A DNA stretch of 64,000 nt, taken from the IMG/VR virus record IMGVR_UViG_3300018080_000100; one strand, written 5' to 3'. Below, in pieces: positions 57,901-64,000 of this stretch. Under the pieces are notes generated by a model. The model was not told where the DNA came from. It made no database searches and saw nothing but the letters and a program-made list of their open reading frames with translations. Source of the stretch: a virus. Each line of letters starts with the position of its first letter. The stretch's first letter is position 1. Made by a program: the position numbers and the translations under genes.

Positions 57901-58965
57901 CGGGCTTGCGCCAGAGCGCGCCATCATCTGCCGCCACTGGCTTGGGTCGATGTACGACAATTCGCCGGCCTGGATCTTGTCGAGCCAGCGCTTGGCTTCT
58001 GAGTTCTCGTTGATAGCCCCCGACTGTGCAGCACGCGCCGTAGCGAGCACCAGGTTGCCTGTGTGGCTCTTGGCTGCCTGCTGTGTCAGGATCTCGTTCT
58101 GGGCGTTCAACTCTGCCAGACTGGCACCGCCCTCTGGGATAGTCTCTCCGGCGGCGTCCATCGCAGCGCCCATGATGCCGCCGCGCTGCTGGAAATAGCG
58201 CCCGACCCGGATGTTCTTGTCGGCCTGATCGAAGTTGTAATGCGCATTTGGTGCGATCTTATCGAGCGCCTGGAACATGCCGGCCATGTCGCTGGTGTCG
58301 TACCCTTCCGGGCCGAGCGCGTCACGGACGGCGGACGTGGCGCCGAGAATCGGCGTTAGGTCTTTGATCTGGGTCTCAGTATCTGTACCTGTGCCGACCC
58401 AGCCACGCTTGGTGGCTTCCCTGTACGCGCCGCCGATTTCCTGCAGAGACATACCACGATGCTTCATCGGGTCGCTGAGGATGTCCTCGGCCATCTCCTC
58501 GGCCATCTGGACAGCCTTCTCCGCGGTCATGTCGTCATCGTACTTGTGCGCATCAGCGATAGCCGAAGCCAACGAGGCCACCGAACCCTCGCCGCCGTGC
58601 ATGGCATCCCACCAGTTGGGTGCCCAGCGCATCAGATACGGCGAGATCTCGCTCAGATTGTCCCGGATGGTCTCAGCCTGCTGCTGCTTGCCCTCGTCCC
58701 AGTCTTGGCCCAGCATCGTGCTGTAGCCTTTGAGGATCTTGATGGGCGCCTTGTCGCGAGACGTGGCAGACCGCATGATCTCGGTCTGCATATCACGCAT
58801 CTCCTGCTCACGCAGGTGATCCATGATATTGCCACCGGGCTTCCACGGACCCAGCTCGAAGTCAGGGTTGACGCTCTTGACCCACTGACGGAGCTTGGGT
58901 TCGCCCAGTGTGTCCCAGATGGACTGGATGAAGCCTTGAGAGTCAGCTAGCGCGTATTTGTCCAT
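54913..58965 (-). CDS. giant multi-domain protein with C-terminal ATP-dependent DNA ligase (adenylation + OB domains)
   Basis: Motif I SAKLDG, motif III LKGELYAE, motif IV EGIVFQ, motif V TKAKR, and OB-domain signatures GGGKYQGTGAGGFGYAL and VGTGLSDELRAQL. An HExxH (HELTH) motif sits in the unassigned N-terminal 950 aa. Confidence 0.7.
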   Translation of the reverse strand: MDKYALADSQGFIQSIWDTLGEPKLRQWVKSVNPDFELGPWKPGGNIMDHLREQEMRDMQTEIMRSATSRDKAPIKILKGYSTMLGQDWDEGKQQQAETIRDNLSEISPYLMRWAPNWWDAMHGGEGSVASLASAIADAHKYDDDMTAEKAVQMAEEMAEDILSDPMKHRGMSLQEIGGAYREATKRGWVGTGTDTETQIKDLTPILGATSAVRDALGPEGYDTSDMAGMFQALDKIAPNAHYNFDQADKNIRVGRYFQQRGGIMGAAMDAAGETIPEGGASLAELNAQNEILTQQAAKSHTGNLVLATARAAQSGAINENSEAKRWLDKIQAGELSYIDPSQWRQMMARSGASPAMAAMLAGQSAENQLFLAQNPNYKNLIRTVRMTQPAFDHNRQLALAGRRFGQGPGRDMLMQGEKSRLAKQWGYRNRQHYDQLQGGAAAQIGNVYSQAENQARVEQQMAHLGQKGPVRRFVHEVQRGTQGPAEFAAGVLGGVRTPAKLPGPLKMAADDSRKHVGFREWFEKTALNSWAKWGLGGAALGGGISALSEFVDDPYPDDERPTWRRVLESGLMGAGVGGALGLAGKVYWDAVRQEMERRRSNFGPYDPTGGADVKEHKLTLRDQLDKYYKDAPGGLDEAVRRAQESMANDNDPYGIHRWDPAELDTETTVSTVDREYLPPLPGQAANFGVKGVYDPNDETLWAAAPGHAMTDDVTSNIEHELTHARLRAPGPAQNPGTRHPRVLHYDDRPRVQDMGKTFWGSRKTRTVPRKTWEYATTPEELKAYLATVKREYVQATGKHVSTPQEAEKALNWFFRQHKGEHEQILDAVHKPLMENPREKDVLLRQLMQIVGITSKGVDDISKMAMDKTAARGIPDRTDFGDPSKLDTDELVDLFVQRHRAQRAGEHFDYRLGTPETGLLSWATKPTHIPAPGEKKFMKQQPVHSHQYGAFQGSIGSGYGKGEVRQERRGKVMITKATPTKIEYTVATTGTPERYVLMKPEKWGDRDWLMINVTPKKAVPYDKVRYKKLAPEDVEPYIEQMKEGTSVSAKLDGASSLVKLMRGGAEVLSYRTAKRTGHPIVHTERMFGGRPQLDIPKKYEGSVLKGELYAEKIRPDDVSRPTSDDAGVEEGAGVAAQADEAAQVLRAVEPQRLGGLLHATVEHSRDKQREQGLDIKNMLFDIQQLGKTPIDPNVTPYAERRKMIEEILPYLPPDKFQLAEETTDPEEAKQLWHSIIAGKHPLTREGIVFQPPVGKPTKAKRLEESDVHITDVFPGGGKYQGTGAGGFGYALAPGGPRAGEVGTGLSDELRAQLLADPAAYIGRVARIRSQEQYPSGAWRAPALIAMHEDY

Positions 58966-59117
58966 TTCGATCCCGCTTACGTCAATTAGTCACAACGGGC
59001 CATTCCGAAATGGAATGGCCGTAACTCCAAGGCTGACAATGGCTTCCTATTTAAGCGCAAACCTGCAGGCCTGCAAACACGCCGCGCTTACGTCAAATGT
59101 GAGGACCTCGCTGCGAG
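58966..59117. promoter_or_regulatory. repeat- and palindrome-rich control region upstream of the ligase-domain gene
   Basis: Direct repeat CGCTTACGTCAA at 58974-58985 and 59085-59096. Perfect hairpin GGCCATTCC-gaaat-GGAATGGCC at 58998-59020. Perfect palindrome TGCAGGCCTGCA at 59064-59075. Confidence 0.4.
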
Positions 59118-59786
59118 TTACTTCGTGTACTCCTCATCGCTGCCCAGCCCGTCGATCTGGTAGTGGAAGTCGATGTACTTGGCTAGCACGTCCTCCTGCG
59201 GGCCTTCGGCTGACGCGTTGCGGTAGAACCGCAGATCGAGGTTGCTGGATATTGTCTCATTGGCCGGCGGGGCAATCTCTGCGAAGGTGGCGATCTGTAG
59301 CATATCGCCCGACGTGTATGTGAAGACGCCCTGATTACCTTGTAGGGTGGCAATGGTTGTCCAGCTGCCCGGTACTGCTGCGCCGTTGTTGTACCACCGA
59401 TAGTCCGCCTTCCAGATCGGTTTGACCACGTCCGACTGGATGTAGTGGACATGCAGCCTGATCGCAGTATCCAGCTTCTTCTGGTGCTGCATCTGCATGG
59501 TCAGGTAGACTATTTCCGCCTCGTCGTCATACGGGAACAGCAGACCGTTATTGGTGAAGTCGTAGTCGGGCTTGCTGTTCTGGCCCTGCTTGTCGCGTGT
59601 AAGCGGAACGGAGAAGTCATCCCAGGCAACACCGTCATCGCCGCCGCCGAGTGTATGCAGACGGTCGGCGATGTAGCGCCAGTTCAGGTGACTGTGGTGA
59701 CCGCCGATCATATCGGGGCTCGTCCACAGTCCCTTATATAGGCTAGGCGGAATGTACTTTCCCATTTGCCTCCTCCTTGAGGTCAA
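59118..59786 (-). CDS. hypothetical protein
   Basis: 222-aa ORF. Its 3' end overlaps the 2H-PPase gene by 44 nt. Confidence 0.4.
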   Translation of the reverse strand: MTSRRRQMGKYIPPSLYKGLWTSPDMIGGHHSHLNWRYIADRLHTLGGGDDGVAWDDFSVPLTRDKQGQNSKPDYDFTNNGLLFPYDDEAEIVYLTMQMQHQKKLDTAIRLHVHYIQSDVVKPIWKADYRWYNNGAAVPGSWTTIATLQGNQGVFTYTSGDMLQIATFAEIAPPANETISSNLDLRFYRNASAEGPQEDVLAKYIDFHYQIDGLGSDEEYTK

Positions 59787-61116
59787 ACTGCTCCAGTAGC
59801 TTCTCGAACTCGTCCTCCATCGACTTCAAGGTCTCCTCGCGCTCGTCCTCGTTCTTGACCTCCGGCGGCACAAAGCGGATGGTCGTCGAGCGCTGTAGCA
59901 CGAGAATACCTGGCGCATCGTCGCTGTCGTCCTGCTTCTCAGCCGCAGCCTTCTTCATCTTAAAGGTTTGCGTGGAGACCGGTCTAGTCTGGCTGCCGTC
60001 CTTCAACCACTCCTTGAACTGCTGCATGGTCAACGGGGTTATTTTTCCTAGGCCTTTCCAGCCTTTTTCGTAATTGGCAAGGTAGGCGTCTTTTGCTTCG
60101 CGCAGGCTCGAAAAGCCGAGCATGACCTTGTGCTCGTCGAACCGCTTGGTCTCGGGGTCAATCTGATCGACGACAAAAGCCAGTTCGGTATCCGGGGATC
60201 CGCCAAGGAATACGTCGACGGAATCGCCGTCAGCGTCGGTTGTGCGTCTGATGTAACCATAGTGGTGCTGCAACGCCGGCCAGGCCGGATCGCGCTTGTC
60301 TCCCTTCTTCGTCTCGATCGAGATGTCTAGGCCGTGCATACGGACATGGCCCTTACGGTAGTTGCCAGCCTCGGCCTGGGCGGGCGATGGCTGCGCAGCC
60401 TTGCGCGCTGCGCGGGCAATCGACTGTCCGAGCGTGACTGTGTCGGCGGCTTCCTTCGGCTTGCCGTATCGCTCACAGATCTCACACATAGTGACGTCGG
60501 GGTACGGCTCGTCCTTCTTGAACTTCCTGCCGCAGCCCGGGCACTTGTCGGCGGCCACCTTCAAGCTCTGGACGCCGGGCTTGTCCCACGGTAGCTGCGC
60601 CTTTTGGGCCTTTCTTGCGCCATTTGTGCCATTAGCCTTGCTGGTCTCATTGGCGCCCAGCACGCCGCTCTTACGCACGGCGAAGGTCACATGGAACTCC
60701 ATCGCCTTGTCGGTCTTCGGGTGCACTGGCAGCGGCGTGAGCCCGTAGGTCTGCCGCAGCTTCTTGAGTTCTGGGCTCTTGACCTCGAACACCCAGCAGC
60801 GGTTCATCTCTTCCCAACCGGCCGGGTTGAAGTCCTTGATCTTGCCCAGGGAGTAGCCGAACTCGTGTCCGCGTTCGGTAATTTTGTCAGGGCCGCCAAA
60901 CGACTCGATTTCCTCGGGCCGCATGACGGAGACGTGCGCGTTGTAGCGCAGTTCCGATTCGGACATCGGCAGTTCGGTGCCGGGCTCGTTCAGCGCATCG
61001 AACGCACCGCGGCCAATAGCATTAGGTACGGACATCAAGAGCCAGCCCGACTGTGAGAGGTAGAGCTTGCCCTTGAGTGGCGCAGCCGCCGTCTTGAACA
61101 ATTCGAGTACGGACAT
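59743..61116 (-). CDS. 2H phosphoesterase (LigT/CPDase-like) fused to zinc ribbon and inorganic-pyrophosphatase-like domain
   Basis: Two HxT/S motifs (NAHVSV and EFHVTF). Then CPGCGRKFKK...CEIC. The C-terminal HYGYIRRTTDADGDSVDVFLGG matches PPase [20 protein letters not shown]. Confidence 0.65.
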   Translation of the reverse strand: MSVLELFKTAAAPLKGKLYLSQSGWLLMSVPNAIGRGAFDALNEPGTELPMSESELRYNAHVSVMRPEEIESFGGPDKITERGHEFGYSLGKIKDFNPAGWEEMNRCWVFEVKSPELKKLRQTYGLTPLPVHPKTDKAMEFHVTFAVRKSGVLGANETSKANGTNGARKAQKAQLPWDKPGVQSLKVAADKCPGCGRKFKKDEPYPDVTMCEICERYGKPKEAADTVTLGQSIARAARKAAQPSPAQAEAGNYRKGHVRMHGLDISIETKKGDKRDPAWPALQHHYGYIRRTTDADGDSVDVFLGGSPDTELAFVVDQIDPETKRFDEHKVMLGFSSLREAKDAYLANYEKGWKGLGKITPLTMQQFKEWLKDGSQTRPVSTQTFKMKKAAAEKQDDSDDAPGILVLQRSTTIRFVPPEVKNEDEREETLKSMEDEFEKLLEQFDLKEEANGKVHSA

Positions 61117-61118
61117 AA

Positions 61119-62036
61119 CTATCGCTCTGTATGGTTTGCGCCGGTCCCGTGATCGCGGATGAACGTCTCAAGTGCCTGGATGCGCTCCTCGTGTGCTTTC
61201 CCCTGATTTCCGGTAAAGCGGTCAGCAGACTTGGCATCGATGGTGCTAAGCAGCGTGTCGTATGATTTACGCAGGCTGCCGACCATTTGCTCTAGCTTTC
61301 CGCGCGCTTCGGCCCCCGCGATGAATTGTGGCCAACGGCGATCCTGCTGCTTCTCCGAAGCGCGCATGCGCGCAGAGAGTTGCGCACGGTCTGCGCGGCA
61401 ATCGGCAATATCTTCGATTAACGCGTCCGTTGTCCTATGCAGCTTCTCGATCTCGAAGTGGTGGTCGGCCAGGCGGTCTTCTTGTCGATTGTGCCGTTCC
61501 GCGCTGACGTCGTCCAGCATACGCATCTCGCGCTGTAGCTGTGTATCGAGCCCGGCAATCTCCATCTTGCGCGTGTCGTCAATCAGGCGCATCTCGCGTT
61601 GCAGCATAGTATCGAGCTGCACGATCTCGCCCTCCATGAATTCGGCTTTCACCTGGGCGACAGCCACCTGCGTGGCCTGGGACATGCCCCAGGTGACGAC
61701 GGCGATGACAACCACCCAGATCAGTGAACAGAGTGCGACAGCGACGCCCCAGTTGATCTTTCCGCGCTCAGAAGATTTCTCGGCCTGTCTGTCGAGTCGC
61801 TGGTGTAGTTCAGAAGTGCGCTCGTCCTGGCGCCGAGCCGCTGACGCCATCATTTCGCGCGTCTCGGCGAAGCCTGTCTTGACCGTGTCAGTCAATGACG
61901 CAACTGCCTGGGACATGTTTTGCATGTCCCGTTCCAGCCCAGTGACGCGTCCTTCGAGCTTCTGCTGTTGCTGCTGTTGCTGCTCTAGCTCCGTGGTCAT
62001 CGCTGCGCCTCCGTGCTGTTGATCCATGATTCTCAC
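61119..62036 (-). CDS. coiled-coil membrane protein with poly-Gln tract and internal tandem repeat
   Basis: QQQQQQQ run. TM segment WGVAVALCSLIWVVVIAVVTWG. Repeat LDTMLQREMRLIDD/LDTQLQREMRMLDD is encoded by a tandem DNA repeat of about 64 bp at 61507-61640. Confidence 0.5.
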   Translation of the reverse strand: MRIMDQQHGGAAMTTELEQQQQQQQKLEGRVTGLERDMQNMSQAVASLTDTVKTGFAETREMMASAARRQDERTSELHQRLDRQAEKSSERGKINWGVAVALCSLIWVVVIAVVTWGMSQATQVAVAQVKAEFMEGEIVQLDTMLQREMRLIDDTRKMEIAGLDTQLQREMRMLDDVSAERHNRQEDRLADHHFEIEKLHRTTDALIEDIADCRADRAQLSARMRASEKQQDRRWPQFIAGAEARGKLEQMVGSLRKSYDTLLSTIDAKSADRFTGNQGKAHEERIQALETFIRDHGTGANHTER

Positions 62037-62356
62037 CTACTTACTTCCGGATCCCCTACCCGGAAGCACCGACGGACACGCAAGTGCCGTTTCGCAGTAG
62101 ACCGAAGGCCACGTCTAACTGCTCCTCCCCCACACCTCAGTAAATCTATGGCATGGTTCCGGATTCCGCTGCGCCGTCCATGACGAATTGGAATCTCCTA
62201 ACCGATCAGTGGCTTGACCTGGGGCGCTACGCCGCGCCCTAAGCGGTGAGAATATGGCGGCATCGTGCCGAACTGGTGCGTCCATGCAAACCTCTGACAC
62301 CAGTGTACCAAAGCGACAGCAAAGATGGGAATGTCTTTCAATGACAGCAACGGTAG

Positions 62357-62827
62357 CTAGTCCCTGAGCCGGACACGCCGCGGGCGCCGATTGTCGTTAG
62401 ATTTGATGCGCTCTCCGCACAATTTTTCTGGCGTCAATTCGGCCTCGCCGGAAAGTCCATGGACGAGATGGGACGTGATTCGCGTCTCGGGCGCCTCAAC
62501 CGTAGGCGGCGCCACCTGCGGAATAATGCTGCGGTAGAAGCCATCCTCGCGCACACGCGTACGTGTGAACTCGTTCACAGCGTCGACGGCCTGCTGGGTC
62601 ATCTCCGGCCTGTTCAGCAGCGACCGCAGATTCGCAGCGATTACATCGGTATCGACGTCAGCTGAAGGCATATCGGTATCGATGTCAGCTGGAGGCATTG
62701 CGGATTCGGACCTTTCGTGGGCGGCGGGATTCGACGGCTGTGAGTGGGCCGAGGTGGCCCAATGATCCCAGATTTGCCGCGCGTTTGAGTTTCTCATAGG
62801 TCTTGACCGGGATCGTGATCTGGTCAC
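62357..62827 (-). CDS. ORF carrying a duplicated major-capsid N-terminal segment (possibly a pseudogene or recombination relic)
   Basis: AVDAVNEFTRTRVREDGFYRSIIP here matches ALDAVNEFTRVRVREDGFYRKIIP in the capsid gene. DNA identity is about 80% over about 70 nt (62520-62600 versus 30330-30410). Confidence 0.3.
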   Translation of the reverse strand: MTRSRSRSRPMRNSNARQIWDHWATSAHSQPSNPAAHERSESAMPPADIDTDMPSADVDTDVIAANLRSLLNRPEMTQQAVDAVNEFTRTRVREDGFYRSIIPQVAPPTVEAPETRITSHLVHGLSGEAELTPEKLCGERIKSNDNRRPRRVRLRD

Positions 62828-62925
62828 CAGCGGCCGCTTCCGCGGCTAACCGCTTCTCTCGGTCCAGCTGCTCGCGACAGCAGTTGGCCATCACCACGTC
62901 TAGTCGATCTTCGTACGGCATATCG

Positions 62926-63150
62926 TCACTTAGCGCCAGCAGCGACGACCTTGTCCAGGATCTCGCTCTTGATTGCCAGCTTGGCGACCGCGAGCTTGTT
63001 GGCTGACGTCTTCCGTGTCCGGGCCTCGTCCTTGAGCGCCTCGTGCAGCTTGGCCGGCATGCGTACGGTCATAACCCGAATGTCCTCGGGCTTGCCGTTT
63101 GAGCTCTCGCCAGGCAATTCGTGGATGATTTCTTTCAGTATGTCCTGCAT
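62926..63150 (-). CDS. ribbon-helix-helix (CopG/Arc-like) DNA-binding protein
   Basis: VMTVRMPAKLHEALKDEARTRKTSANKLAVAKLAI fits the RHH beta-strand/helix pattern. Confidence 0.55.
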   Translation of the reverse strand: MQDILKEIIHELPGESSNGKPEDIRVMTVRMPAKLHEALKDEARTRKTSANKLAVAKLAIKSEILDKVVAAGAK

Positions 63151-63171
63151 CGTCCCCTCCTTTAGGGCAAC

Positions 63172-63828
63172 TTATGCGCTGGCAACCTGCGCTGCGCGAG
63201 CCTCTTCGATGACCTGGTAGATCTCGTCGTGCAGGTGTTCTCTTGTCTTGTCATAGCCTTCATCGTCCACACAGTCTACCACATGCCAGCGGCGGTAGGT
63301 ACGGGCCTGTTCCAGGTAAACGTCCCGGACGCGTGCCATATAGGATAGAGAGTCTTGATGAAGGTCTTTCGTGTCGTCGCGGGTATGGGTACGCCGATAC
63401 GACGCCTCAGCAGTCAGATCCAGCAGAATGACCAGATCCGGCCTGGGCAGGCCAAATATCTCGTACTCGGTCTGCTCGATACGGTAGATCAGCGCAGCGC
63501 GGCTGTCCACGGGCTCGTTGGCAGCCTGATGCGCGATGTTGGACGGCACGTAGCGGTCGCAAATGACCGTAAGGCCGCCGGCCAGCGCAGCTTGCAGGTC
63601 GGGCAAAGCCTCGTAGCGATTGATCGCGTACAGCATCGCGACCAAGAACGGGTCGTTCTGGCCTAGTTCGCCAAACTCTCCACGGAGGTAGCGCCGCACG
63701 TGCGGCCCGAAGACCGACGTGTCATAGGTTGGAAAGCTGAACAACTCAGATCCGTTCAGCCTTTGGTGTAGCATCCGTGCCTGTGTCGCTTTACCGCTTC
63801 CATCAATTCCTTCAAACGCAATCAGCAT
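63172..63828 (-). CDS. tmk: thymidylate kinase
   Basis: Start MLIAFEGIDGSGKATQ carries the dTMP-kinase P-loop. DRY-like motif VICDRY. Lid region present. Confidence 0.8.
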   Translation of the reverse strand: MLIAFEGIDGSGKATQARMLHQRLNGSELFSFPTYDTSVFGPHVRRYLRGEFGELGQNDPFLVAMLYAINRYEALPDLQAALAGGLTVICDRYVPSNIAHQAANEPVDSRAALIYRIEQTEYEIFGLPRPDLVILLDLTAEASYRRTHTRDDTKDLHQDSLSYMARVRDVYLEQARTYRRWHVVDCVDDEGYDKTREHLHDEIYQVIEEARAAQVASA

Positions 63829-64000
63829 GCTCTGGCTCCAAACGAATAGCGGCAAGCGGCACATCCAGGATGACCGTACCGTCCTTCAATTCAAAATCTT
63901 GGTGCGTGCGCGCTTCCAGCGTCAGGCAGCCCATGTTGATAGGCTCGATGACTTCGTTAGCGCCAAACACCATGGTGGTCATGTCGCCATCCGGCATGAC

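Noticed and set aside
1-64000. CRISPR arrays, integrase or attachment-site repeats, rRNA/tRNA genes
   Set aside because: No regularly spaced direct repeats, no tyrosine or serine recombinase motifs and no rRNA-like segments were found. The window looks like an internal phage-genome segment rather than an integration junction.

Overview
High-GC (about 60%) phage-like DNA, densely packed, with every supported gene on the minus strand. Gene junctions often share ATGA stop/start overlaps, and AGGAGG-type Shine-Dalgarno sites are used. No integrase, tRNA or CRISPR array was seen. The plus-strand ORFs in the supplied track look like antisense shadows of minus-strand genes in high-GC DNA. The modules run left to right as follows. 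(i) 1-8.7 kb: a Ro60/TROVE-vWA gene running off the left edge, small Zn-ribbon proteins, a two-domain glycosyltransferase, and a Cys-rich triple-repeat protein next to a secreted thioredoxin. (ii) 8.7-27 kb: a tail/baseplate block (gp25-like, J-like, hub-like, Gly/Gln-rich tape-measure-like protein, a 937-aa beta-helix-like fibre, a 614-aa tandem-repeat protein) with a sigma-70-family sigma factor gene embedded in it. (iii) 29.5-41 kb: head morphogenesis (HK97-like major capsid protein, acidic scaffold-like protein, candidate portal). (iv) 41.3-48.6 kb: a minimal multisubunit RNA polymerase, encoded as a beta-beta'(N-terminal) fusion plus a separate beta'(C-terminal) gene. (v) 48.6-54 kb: membrane proteins, an SNase-like nuclease and an LRAT/NlpC-like protein. 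(vi) 54-61 kb: a sugar-nucleotidyltransferase-like gene, a 1350-aa protein ending in an ATP-dependent DNA-ligase module, and a 2H-phosphoesterase/Zn-ribbon/inorganic-pyrophosphatase fusion. (vii) 61-64 kb: a coiled-coil membrane protein, an RHH regulator and thymidylate kinase. Non-coding signals are three intrinsic-terminator-like hairpins, a roughly 23-bp imperfect palindrome recurring at four gene starts, and a repeat- and palindrome-rich region upstream of the ligase gene. All functional calls come from motif recognition by eye and need HMM or structure confirmation.
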